This document shows, piece after piece, positions 30,159 to 41,311 of a stretch of 64,000 bases of DNA (its first letter is position 1; every line of letters starts with the position of its first letter). The stretch comes from Candidatus Latescibacterota bacterium (GTDB lineage: Bacteria; Latescibacterota; CBDEFO01). Under the pieces are notes generated by a model. That model searched no databases, was not told the DNA's origin, and saw only the letters and a list, made by a program, of their open reading frames with translations. A program made the position numbers and the translations under genes. The stretch is from the NCBI GenBank assembly GCA_965248755.1, contig OZ252149.1:3104001-3168000 (forward strand), given 5' to 3'.

Positions 30159-31130
30159 TTGACTTTCCTGTTGCGTTGTAATATTTTAAATAGTCTGAAA
30201 GATATTTTAGCTCGTAAAACTTATGTTGTGAGGGATAGCCGCGGATGGCTTCTGTGGAGGTTCACGGAGAGGGAAGCTCACGGAGTGGTTCTTTTGAAAA
30301 TAATGCTCATTGCCATTGGATTTGTTTTATTCTGTTCATTAATTCAGTTTTTGGCAAGTATTCATCCGCCCCGCTACTATGACCACCGGAGGCCTTCAGA
30401 TTACGGCTTAAAATATGAAAGTGTATCGTTTATGACATCTGATAAAATAAACATTAAAGGATGGCTGATTAGCTCCCGGAGTGCCGTTGGAACTCTAATA
30501 ATTGGGCATGGATATCCATTTGACAAAGGAAACATACTCCCTGTTGTAACGTTTCTATACCCCGATTATAATTTGCTCTTGTACGACCATCGCTATTTCG
30601 GTGAAAGCTCCGGATCAATAACTACGGTCGGAGCACGTGAAGTAGAGGATGTGAAAGCAGCTTTTAACTTTGTTACGGAAAGATTTGGCCAAGAAGAACC
30701 TATCGCTCTATATGGGTTTTCGCTCAGTGCATCGGTGATGTTGATGACCAAGTTGCAGGTTAAGGCTATTGTTGCTGACTCGCCGTATGCCGATTTAGAA
30801 CAAATGATTAAGCAGGTCTATGGGATATTAGGTCCGTTGAAATTTCCTTTTGTACAGACAACAAACATTCTTGCTAAAATGTTTTTGAGAATGGATCCAA
30901 GGAAGGTATCTCCAGCATTTTCTGTTAAAGATACAAATATTCCGATATTGATCATTCATGGGGAAAAGGACAGTCAGATTCCAGTTGAAAATGCATATGT
31001 TCTCAAAGCAAGCAACCCTGATATAGAACTCTGGATAGTAAAAGACAGCGATCATGGTCAAGCCTTTGCACTTTTCAAAGATGAATACGAGCACCGCATT
31101 AAGTCGTTCTTAAGAAAGCATATGCAATAG
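30159..31130 (+). CDS. Membrane-anchored alpha/beta hydrolase; true start probably downstream, near 30286
   Basis: HGY, DHRYFGES, nucleophile elbow GFSLSA, HGEKD and a catalytic His near the C-terminus. Confidence 0.8.
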   Translation: MTFLLRCNILNSLKDILARKTYVVRDSRGWLLWRFTEREAHGVVLLKIMLIAIGFVLFCSLIQFLASIHPPRYYDHRRPSDYGLKYESVSFMTSDKINIKGWLISSRSAVGTLIIGHGYPFDKGNILPVVTFLYPDYNLLLYDHRYFGESSGSITTVGAREVEDVKAAFNFVTERFGQEEPIALYGFSLSASVMLMTKLQVKAIVADSPYADLEQMIKQVYGILGPLKFPFVQTTNILAKMFLRMDPRKVSPAFSVKDTNIPILIIHGEKDSQIPVENAYVLKASNPDIELWIVKDSDHGQAFALFKDEYEHRIKSFLRKHMQ

Positions 31131-31140
31131 GAGGACTACG

Positions 31141-31911
31141 ATGGAGTTTGACGGAAAAGTAGCAGCCGTAACTGGCGCAGCGACAGGGATAGGTAGAGCC
31201 ACTGCCATCGCCTTCGCGAGAGAGGGCGCTTCTGTGGCAGTCGTGGATGTCAACGATGAAGAGGGCGTCCTGACTACAGATGGTATAAAAGAGAAGGGCG
31301 GGCAAGCAATCTTCGTCCATGCCGATGTGTCCTTATCTTCCGACGCCGAGAAGATGGTATCCCAGGTCGTGCAGGAACTCGGAGGCATAGACATCCTCCA
31401 CAACAACGCAGGCATACAGCACTACGGCTCTGTCACGACTACAACAGAAGAGGACTGGGACAAGGTGTTGGATATAAATCTCAAAAGCGTCTATCTTTGC
31501 TCCAAATACGCCATACCCGAAATGCTGAAACGCGGTGGCGGAGCCATAGTCAACACCGCATCGGTTCAGGGACTCGCAACGCAAAAGGATGTTGCTCCCT
31601 ATGCAGCGTCAAAAGGAGGCATGATCGCACTTACTCGCAATATGGCGCTCGACTACGCCGAACACAAGATAAGAGTCAACTGCATCTGCCCCGGCGCGAT
31701 AGACACCCCTATGCTCAAATACGCGGCTGATACCCTCACAGACGACTCCGAAGCTGCAATCAAAGAGTGGGGTTTTTCCCACGCATTAGATAGGGTCGGA
31801 AGGCCAGAAGAAGTCGCAGAGATAGTCCTATTCTTGGCAAGCGAAAAGTCCTCCTTCGTCACCGGAGCCGCATACCTGGTGGACGGAGGCCTTCTTGCCT
31901 CCTTTGCATAA
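31141..31911 (+). CDS. SDR-family oxidoreductase
   Basis: TGAATGIG, NNAG, YAASK and PGAIDT motifs. Confidence 0.95.
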   Translation: MEFDGKVAAVTGAATGIGRATAIAFAREGASVAVVDVNDEEGVLTTDGIKEKGGQAIFVHADVSLSSDAEKMVSQVVQELGGIDILHNNAGIQHYGSVTTTTEEDWDKVLDINLKSVYLCSKYAIPEMLKRGGGAIVNTASVQGLATQKDVAPYAASKGGMIALTRNMALDYAEHKIRVNCICPGAIDTPMLKYAADTLTDDSEAAIKEWGFSHALDRVGRPEEVAEIVLFLASEKSSFVTGAAYLVDGGLLASFA

Positions 31912-31914
31912 AAT

Positions 31915-31975
31915 ATAGGGGCAGACCTGTGTGTCTCCCCTGAATATTTGCGCGAACACATTGGTTCTCTCCTAC
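31915..31975. repeat. GTAG-type REP doublet (degenerate intergenic copy)
   Basis: ATAGGGGCAGACCTGTGTGTCTCCCC...GCGAACACATTGGTTCTCTCCTAC; homologous to 59228-59288. Confidence 0.75.
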
Positions 31976-32016
31976 GAAATATGGCGTAAACGAGCGTGTC
32001 AGACAGCAATGTCTGA

Positions 32017-34092
<2,076 letters not shown>

Positions 34093-34140
34093 ACTACATT
34101 TTAGGTTGAAAGCACGTCACGACAGGAGGTATAAGATAAT

Positions 34141-34287
34141 ATGGAGGGAAAAAGTAAAACACCAAGTCTTAGAAAATGGGGTAAGGTTTTGTTATTGCTG
34201 TTGGTACTTCTGATGCCGTTCGGCTTAATAGCAGTGGTAATCTGGACAATTATGAGGCGGAGAAGCACACAGAAAGATAATGTGTGA
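34141..34287 (+). CDS. 48-aa membrane microprotein
   Basis: Below the ORF-track cutoff. AGGAGG RBS; MEGKSKTPSLRKWGKVLLLLLVLLMPFGLIAVVIWTIMRRRSTQKDNV. Confidence 0.55.
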   Translation: MEGKSKTPSLRKWGKVLLLLLVLLMPFGLIAVVIWTIMRRRSTQKDNV

Positions 34288-34555
34288 GTGAACTACCCCC
34301 GCTTAATCATCTTGCTTTTTCCGATACTGGATGTATCTTTGGATCAAATCACCGGTGACTCTATCTCCTTAAGGTGCCAGCATAATGTCCTCTTTTCCAC
34401 TATCTTGCTGGGGCCACATCCAGAAGGAGCCGACAGGAACAAATGGACGTAATCCTCTTCGCTGGTAAGGTTCAGTAATGCTATAGATCAACTCTTCCAC
34501 TCCCTGGGCAATTTCAGCCTCTCCAAACAGGGATATTTAGACCCAATGTAAATTT
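34288..34555 (-). pseudogene. IS200/IS605-family TnpA remnant
   Basis: Minus-strand fragments EDYVHLFLSAP (decayed DHVH HUH motif), PSKIV and VTGDLIQRYIQY (catalytic Tyr helix); ends in GGGGGTAGTTCAC. Confidence 0.6.
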
Positions 34556-34573
34556 CTTTAAATGCATATAAAA

Positions 34574-34604
34574 GAGGAGAGCCCCATCAGTTGGGGCTCT
34601 CCTC
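34574..34604. terminator. Hairpin terminator downstream of moeB
   Basis: GAGGAGAGCCCC-ATCAGTT-GGGGCTCTCCTC, with a T tail on the minus strand. Confidence 0.7.
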
Positions 34605-34624
34605 TTAGCTATACAGGAGCTATA

Positions 34625-35770
34625 TTAATACAGCGGAACGTTCGCATCGATCTGCGTAGACCATTGATCTATGCCGCCTTCAAGGTTCTTGAGGTTCCTG
34701 AAGCCCTGTCCCTTCAATATCTCTATTGCCTGGGCACTTCTGACTCCCATCTTGCAGTGGACCACTACGTCCCTGTCCTTATAATCGCTAATTTCAGAAG
34801 ACCTTTGCGCCACTTGGTTTAGTGGGATAAGCCTCGAACCGTCTATGCGGGCGATTTCGTACTCGTTCAGTTCTCTGACGTCGAGCAATAGAAAATCTTC
34901 CCCGTCGTCCATCTTCATCTTGAGCTCAGCCGCCGTTATCCCCTCTAAATAGTCCCTTTCTCCTTCAGGCTGTATGCCGCAGAACTCCTGATAATCTATA
35001 AGTTCGGTGAGGGTCGGATTATCTCCGCACACAGGGCACTGGGCGTTCCTTTCGAGTTTTACCTCCCGGAACTCCATCTCTAAGGAGTCGAACATCAACA
35101 ATCTCCCTGAAAGCGTGTTCCCCTTGCCCAAGATAATCTTCACTGCCTCCATCGCCTGAATCAGCCCGACTATCCCCGGAAGGACGCCTATCACTCCACC
35201 TTCGGCGCACGAAGGCACCATCCCCGGAGGAGGAGGCTCAGGAAAGAGGCACCTGTAGCACGGACCGCCCTCATAATGAAAGACCGTAGATTGCCCTTCG
35301 AAGCGAAATATGCTCCCGTAGATGTTGGGCTTATCCAGCAACACACACGCATCGTTTGTTAAATACCTGGTCGGGAAGTTGTCCGTCCCGTCGATCACAA
35401 TGTCATAGTCCTTTATAATGTCAAGGGCGTTATCAGAGGAGAACACAACATTATGCTTTATCACCTCGACGTCGGGATTGATCGAATTTATCGTCTCCTT
35501 TGCCGAATCCAACTTCGGCCTTCCTACGTCTTCCGTTCCGTGGATCACCTGTCTTTGGAGGTTTGAAAGTTCCACCTCATCGAAATCGACAAGTCCTAAA
35601 GTCCCGACACCAGCGGCGGCAAGGTACATCCCAAGGGGAGACCCCAATCCTCCCGCCCCTATTAACAGTATCCTGGACTCTAAAAGCTTTGTCTGCCCTT
35701 TGAGCCCAACCTCTGGGAGGATCAGATGCCTTCCATATCGCTGATATTGATCTTTATTCAACGTTAGCAT
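34625..35770 (-). CDS. moeB: MoeB/MoeZ adenylyltransferase with C-terminal rhodanese domain
   Basis: RYGRH, GAGGLG, SNLQRQ, two CxxC motifs and rhodanese CKMGVRS. Confidence 0.93.
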   Translation of the reverse strand: MLTLNKDQYQRYGRHLILPEVGLKGQTKLLESRILLIGAGGLGSPLGMYLAAAGVGTLGLVDFDEVELSNLQRQVIHGTEDVGRPKLDSAKETINSINPDVEVIKHNVVFSSDNALDIIKDYDIVIDGTDNFPTRYLTNDACVLLDKPNIYGSIFRFEGQSTVFHYEGGPCYRCLFPEPPPPGMVPSCAEGGVIGVLPGIVGLIQAMEAVKIILGKGNTLSGRLLMFDSLEMEFREVKLERNAQCPVCGDNPTLTELIDYQEFCGIQPEGERDYLEGITAAELKMKMDDGEDFLLLDVRELNEYEIARIDGSRLIPLNQVAQRSSEISDYKDRDVVVHCKMGVRSAQAIEILKGQGFRNLKNLEGGIDQWSTQIDANVPLY

Positions 35771-35838
35771 GCCTGCTCCTTTTATCTTAATCTCGTACTA
35801 TTTGTTATCTTATCAACCGCGTTTTATATTTATGTATA

Positions 35839-35910
35839 TGCCCCTACGGAGAATCGAACTCCGGCTGCCAGATCGAAAATCTGGTGTCCTAGCCACTAGA
35901 CGACAGGGGC
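35839..35910 (-). tRNA. tRNA-Glu (TTC); CCA not encoded
   Basis: GCCCCTGTCGTCTAGTGGCTAGGACA-CCAGA-TTTTCGA-TCTGG-CAGCCGGAGTTCGATTCTCCGTAGGGGCA cloverleaf. Confidence 0.9.
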
Positions 35911-36198
35911 ACTTTATCCATTATATGAAATATAAGAACCTTTTGTTTTCTCGTCAACAAGAAATGTATTTAGGACATACTTTGTGTTGAGTCCCGGGAA
36001 TAAAATGTTCTGAAACACACTAAAATCAGGGCTAATTACGAAAAGTCGTTGACATTCGCATCTATCTATCGTATGTTTATCAGCGGTAAAATCAGTAAGC
36101 CCTCCCACAGCACTGCATAAATATAGCTTTATTGGGCGTACCAAAGCTTCCATTTAAATAGATAGCCCCTTAAACCTTTTAAGTTCAAGGGGCTATGT

Positions 36199-36275
<77 letters not shown>

Positions 36276-36369
36276 TCGCCTTATTCTAAAATCGTCTTCT
36301 TATAATATAACAAAACTCGTGTAATTTAGCAAGCTTTTTTCATAGGAAAACCGTCGTAAGAACTATAAT

Positions 36370-37191
36370 TTGAATCATAAGGTGAAGATTCTGCTGGTAG
36401 CAAAAGTAAAATCCCAATCTAAAGGAAATGTTAGATCGTCCCCCCGAAAGGCTCATAAACCTAAAAGCGACTTTGGGGGAAAGGTGCTTCTTTTTATCCT
36501 TGTGTCGGTATTAACGCTCTTTGCAGGCGTGGTGCTTACGGATTGGATGATTATGCCTTTCCTCGTCCTCCGTGGCGAACTTGTAGAAGTCCCTGATATC
36601 GTGGAACTACCAATAAGTGATGCCAGGAAGCTCATATCGCAGCACGGATTGTCGCTCATAATGGACGATCAGAAACCGAGCCTTGATGTTCCCCAAGGCT
36701 GTATCATATCTCAGATGCCAAAGGCGTTTTCCACCGTCAAAAAGGGAAGGGGAATATATGTAGTCGTAAGTCAGGGAGCTATAGAATACAAGATGCCTTA
36801 CGTTGTGGGATCGTCTCTTCGGTCAGCTCAGATAATGACAAGAAAATCAGGATTAGAAGCGGGAAGCGTAGTCTATGAACCTTCATACAGTGTCAAAAAG
36901 GGCATAGTGATATCTCAAGATCCTGTTGCTCATAGTCTCGTGTCAAAAGATAGGCCGGTTAATCTTATAGTCAGCAACGGCCTTCCGGATGCGAGAAAGA
37001 AGATGCCTGACCTGATGGAAAAGGATGTTAAGACGGCTATTGCCATTCTGAAGGCAGAAGGAATAACATGGGAGCTTTTTTACGAATCGAGTGACAAATT
37101 TCTGCCCAATACCGTTATCGGGCAGTCTCCCAAGGCAGGATCGTCCATAGAGGAAAGGCAAAAAGTTAAACTTATCGTCAGCACATTGTAA
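36370..37191 (+). CDS. Membrane-anchored triple-PASTA-domain protein
   Basis: One TM segment then three VPD/MP...G-VI-Q-P...V-L-VS repeats. Confidence 0.88.
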   Translation: MNHKVKILLVAKVKSQSKGNVRSSPRKAHKPKSDFGGKVLLFILVSVLTLFAGVVLTDWMIMPFLVLRGELVEVPDIVELPISDARKLISQHGLSLIMDDQKPSLDVPQGCIISQMPKAFSTVKKGRGIYVVVSQGAIEYKMPYVVGSSLRSAQIMTRKSGLEAGSVVYEPSYSVKKGIVISQDPVAHSLVSKDRPVNLIVSNGLPDARKKMPDLMEKDVKTAIAILKAEGITWELFYESSDKFLPNTVIGQSPKAGSSIEERQKVKLIVSTL

Positions 37192-37401
37192 TTCACAATA
37201 ATAAGTACAAATAATTATATATCAATATGTTACACTAATACATAAACCTTAAACCCAACATAGGAGTAATGTTTTTGAAGCGTAAAGCCTATTTTTTATT
37301 GACAAATAGTCCATAAATTTATATATTCTGATCACTTCAGAAAACAATTACACTTACCAATGGTGGTGAGTCTAAAATAACACATTGAGGAGGTGAAAGA
37401 T

Positions 37402-37677
37402 ATGGCAAATAAGGGCGATGTGGTAGATGCTGTTGCTAGGGAAGCGGGAATTTCAAAAAAAGGAGCTGGGGCGGCGGTTAATGCCGTTATCAACACCATT
37501 ACGGATGCCTTAAAGGCAGGGGATAAGGTAACTCTCCCGGGGTTCGGAACGTTTTCTGTGACCCAAAGGGCTGCCAGGAGTGGTAGGGACCCCAGAACAG
37601 GAAACGCACTCGAGATTTCTGCCAGGACGCTGCCCAGGTTTAAGGCAGGAAAGGGACTAAGGGACGCTGTAAATTAA
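37402..37677 (+). CDS. hup: HU DNA-binding protein
   Basis: GFGTF, GRDPRTG and PRFKAG motifs; TTGACA-17-TATATT promoter at 37299-37327. Confidence 0.95.
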   Translation: MANKGDVVDAVAREAGISKKGAGAAVNAVINTITDALKAGDKVTLPGFGTFSVTQRAARSGRDPRTGNALEISARTLPRFKAGKGLRDAVN

Positions 37678-37749
37678 TCTACCTGTTGCCGATTAAATCA
37701 GGAGACCCCAGGATACCAAATACAAAATTCTGGGGTCTTTCTTTTGAAA

Positions 37750-37904
37750 CTAAGTCGTGTTGTATACAAGGGCCCTCTTAACATCTGCAATGGCTTTTGT
37801 GACGTCTATTTCTCTGGGGCATGCTTCCACGCAGTTGAAGATGGTTCGACACCGCCAGACCCCCCGGCGCCGACGATCACAGCATCGTACTTGTGATAGG
37901 ACAC
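37750..37904 (-). pseudogene. Fused remnant of sdhA/frdA 5' end and sdhB/frdB 3' end
   Basis: VSYHKYDAVIVGAGG joined at a G run, in a different frame, to GVWRCRTIFNCVEACPREIDVTKAIADVKRAL. Confidence 0.8.
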
Positions 37905-37973
37905 GTCATTAAGATCCATACATTATGCCCTTCTTCCGTATTAGACGGTCAAGATGCTAATCCAAGAAAGTCT

Positions 37974-39431
37974 CTAAGCCTTCAGACTCCCAATCAGTGT
38001 CTTTGAATCCTCTATAATCCTTTCGGCTTCCTTCTGGATCAATTCGTCGTATTTTACAGCGACGTCCTCTCCTTCCATTTCCGCAAGCGTCTCTCTTATC
38101 GATCTGCCGCTTCGACGGGCCCTCAGTGTAATATCTCCGGCCTTTTTATACCCGGTAATGGGGTTTAGTATAGTGGCAGCCGCGCCGCTCGCCTCAAAGT
38201 TGCGTCTGCAATTCTCCCTGAAAGCTTGGATTCCATCCAGACAGTTTACGCGGAACGTGACGAGGGCGTTGGACAGAATCTCCAGGGACTCCAGGAGGTT
38301 GAAGTTGATATTGGGCATAAGGACGTTAAGGTCGAGTTGACCCTGACGGGCGTTCCAGGCGACAGCGGTGTCGTTGCCTATCACCTGGTTCGCCACCATC
38401 TTTAGAGCTTCCGCCATCGAAGGATTGATCTTCCCCGGCATGATGGAGGATCCCGGGGCCACCTCCGGCACTGTGATCTCAGCTAAGCCTATGCTGGGGC
38501 CAGAGTTCAACAAGATGATGTCGCTGGCTATCTTGCCGAGTTCTATAGCGAGATTCCTGAGAGCGCCGGAGACAGCGGAAAAGGGCAGCATGCTCTGCAT
38601 GGCGGCAAAGAGATTGGGATGGCTCTTCAGGTCGAAGCCTGTGATCTTGCTCAGATGCCCTACGACTTTTTCTCTGTATCCGGGCGCGGCGTTGATCCCT
38701 GTTCCCGCCGCCGTGCCTCCGATGCCGAGCTTCTTCAAGGACTCAGACTGAACTTGCAACTGCTCCTTAGCCTCACGGACAAGGGAGGCGTATCCGCCAA
38801 ACTCGTTTCCTAAAGTCGTCCCTACAGCGTCCATCATATGCGTCCTTGCGGATTTGATAACATCGGCGAACTCCGCAGCCTTATTGATGAAGGACGCTTC
38901 TAAATCGTCCAATGCGGGCAGAAGCTTTCTGTATATAAGCTTTAAAGCGGCTGTCCTGATGGACGTGGGTATCACGTCGTTGGTAGATTGACCCATATTG
39001 ACGTGGTCGTTCGGACTCACTATCTTCTTTTCATCTTCAAGGCTCCCGCCGAGCTTGATGTGTGCAAGGTTGGCGAGGACCTCGTTCATGTTCATATGAA
39101 TAGATGTCCCAGCCCCCATCTGCGCCAGGGCGTCAACCGGAAACTGGTCTCGGTACTTGCCGTCAATGACCTCACCAGCAGATACCACGATTGCGTTGCC
39201 GATCTTCTCATCTAAAGCCCCGCAGTCCATATTAGCCAGCGCCGCCGCCATCTTTACCTGAGCTAAGGCCACTATGAACTCCGGACGCTGTTTCAGGCCC
39301 GAGATCGGAAAGAGGCGGATTGCCCTCTGAGTCGTCGTGCCCCACAGAGCGTCTACCGGCTCGATCCACACTTCTCCGAGGCTATCGCTCTCCAATCTTC
39401 CATTTTGCTCTTCTTCGCTGGACATTTTCAC
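37974..39431 (-). CDS. Class II fumarate hydratase / aspartate ammonia-lyase family
   Basis: GAGTSIHMNMNEV, NMGQSTND, RTHMMDA and GSSIMPGKINP signature. Confidence 0.92.
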   Translation of the reverse strand: MKMSSEEEQNGRLESDSLGEVWIEPVDALWGTTTQRAIRLFPISGLKQRPEFIVALAQVKMAAALANMDCGALDEKIGNAIVVSAGEVIDGKYRDQFPVDALAQMGAGTSIHMNMNEVLANLAHIKLGGSLEDEKKIVSPNDHVNMGQSTNDVIPTSIRTAALKLIYRKLLPALDDLEASFINKAAEFADVIKSARTHMMDAVGTTLGNEFGGYASLVREAKEQLQVQSESLKKLGIGGTAAGTGINAAPGYREKVVGHLSKITGFDLKSHPNLFAAMQSMLPFSAVSGALRNLAIELGKIASDIILLNSGPSIGLAEITVPEVAPGSSIMPGKINPSMAEALKMVANQVIGNDTAVAWNARQGQLDLNVLMPNINFNLLESLEILSNALVTFRVNCLDGIQAFRENCRRNFEASGAAATILNPITGYKKAGDITLRARRSGRSIRETLAEMEGEDVAVKYDELIQKEAERIIEDSKTLIGSLKA

Positions 39432-39543
39432 AATCTCCTTGTTTTTAAGGGATTTGCACTGAATTCTCTACACTGTAGAATTTTAGCCTTTTTCCCGAAA
39501 AGTTCTTCGCCGATTGAATCTATCGGGGATAACGTCTGTAAAA

Positions 39544-41037
39544 CTATCCTGGCCTCCCGAAGTTATCCAGAAAGATCACGAAGTCGAACAGACCGATTTC
39601 TCCGTTACCGTCTAAATCAAATATAGAATTAGCTGGAGTGGTCGTCACCCCGAATACATCCAGAAGACGGACAAAATCGGAGAGGCCTACTTCATTGTCC
39701 CCGTTGAAATCTCCTACAAGGTCGGGGACGACAATAAACTCAAATCCATTCTTAAATGTGTTTACGTGACCGTTGGGATTTGTGACTATCACGTCCACAA
39801 TACCAGCAGGATGCGAGGGAGTTCTTGCGATAATGGTATTGGGGGACAATACGACTACAATTGTGGCTTCGACACCATCGAAAGTAACAGTCGATCCACT
39901 TTGGAAGTTGTTCCATGTTATAGTCACAGAAGTACCACCTAATTCCGTGCCAGAATTAGGATTAAAAGGTGGAACAACAGGTGCTGGGAATCCCTCCACC
40001 TTACGTATCCGTCTATTGCCCGTATCCGCAATATAGATATTGCTCAATCCATCCACGAATACAGAAGTAGGCCTATGCAACCTCGCAAATTTGGCTGGAC
40101 CTCCATCGCCAGAAAAACCACGATTGCCATTTCCCGCCACAGTGGAGATGATACCCGATGTATCCACCTTACGTATCCGGTGATTGAGCCTATCTGCAAT
40201 ATAGATAATGCCCCATCCATCCACAAATACACCAGAAGGGCTATACAACCTCGCTCTGGTGGCTGGACCTCGATCGCCAGAAAAACCACGGTTGCCATTT
40301 CCCGCCACGGTGGAGATGATACCTGATGTATCCACCTTACGTATCCGGTTATTGATCGTATCTGCAATATAGATATTGCCCAATCCATCCACGAATACGC
40401 TAGAAGGACCCCTCAAGCTTGCTCTGGTGGCAGGACGTCCATCGCCGTAAAATTCCAAGGTTCCATTTCCTGCTACGGTATTGATGTTGCCCGATGTATC
40501 CACCTTACGTATCCGGCTATTGATCGTAATCGCAATATAGATATTGCCCAATCCATCCACGAATACGCTTACAGGATACCACATGCTCGCACTGGTGGCT
40601 GCACCTCCATCGCCAGAAAAACCACGGTTGCCATTTCCCGCCACAGTGGAGATGATACCCGATGTATCCACCTTACGTATCCGGTTATTCTCCGTATCCG
40701 CAATATAGATATTTCCCGAGCCATCTACGAAAACGCCCTCAGGATACGACATGCTCGCACTGGTGGCTGTACCTCCATCACCGGAAAATCCAAACGTGCC
40801 ATTTCCCGCAACGGTGGTCATAATGCCCGACGTATCCACCTTACTTATCCGGTGATTGTTTTTGTCAACAATATAGATATTGCCCGATCCATCCACGAAT
40901 ACGTCATAAGGGATTAATCCACCAGCTATCGTGGAAATATTGCCAGGCGCAGCAACAGCTGAAAGGACGAATCCAAATGTCCAAAAGCCCAATACCAAAA
41001 TACAAATCATAATCTCTTTGACGTGATCCTTTTTCAT
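39544..41037 (-). CDS. Secreted NHL-repeat beta-propeller with IPT/TIG domain and EF-hand/dockerin-like tail
   Basis: Likely start MKKDHV; repeats of GNIYIAD-x2-N-RIRKVD...GFSGDGG; GGTSVTI; GDFNGDNEVGLSDF. Confidence 0.85.
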   Translation of the reverse strand: MKKDHVKEIMICILVLGFWTFGFVLSAVAAPGNISTIAGGLIPYDVFVDGSGNIYIVDKNNHRISKVDTSGIMTTVAGNGTFGFSGDGGTATSASMSYPEGVFVDGSGNIYIADTENNRIRKVDTSGIISTVAGNGNRGFSGDGGAATSASMWYPVSVFVDGLGNIYIAITINSRIRKVDTSGNINTVAGNGTLEFYGDGRPATRASLRGPSSVFVDGLGNIYIADTINNRIRKVDTSGIISTVAGNGNRGFSGDRGPATRARLYSPSGVFVDGWGIIYIADRLNHRIRKVDTSGIISTVAGNGNRGFSGDGGPAKFARLHRPTSVFVDGLSNIYIADTGNRRIRKVEGFPAPVVPPFNPNSGTELGGTSVTITWNNFQSGSTVTFDGVEATIVVVLSPNTIIARTPSHPAGIVDVIVTNPNGHVNTFKNGFEFIVVPDLVGDFNGDNEVGLSDFVRLLDVFGVTTTPANSIFDLDGNGEIGLFDFVIFLDNFGRPG

Positions 41038-41311
41038 GATCAATACCTGCTTTTTCCTAAAAAGTTCTCCAATACTTTTTAGGGGCCCAATTCGCAATGA
41101 CTGAAGGTTGAAGCCAAGGCAATGTCACTCCGAGAAAAGCGAATCGCCCTCTGAGTCGTCGTGCTCCACAGGGCGTCCATCGGCTCGATCCACACCTCTC
41201 GGAGGCTATCGCTCTCCAATCTTCCATTTTCTTCTTCTTCGCTGGACATTTTCACAATCTCCTTGTTTTTAGCAGAATTACACCGATTGACTCATACACC
41301 AATGAAATCCT

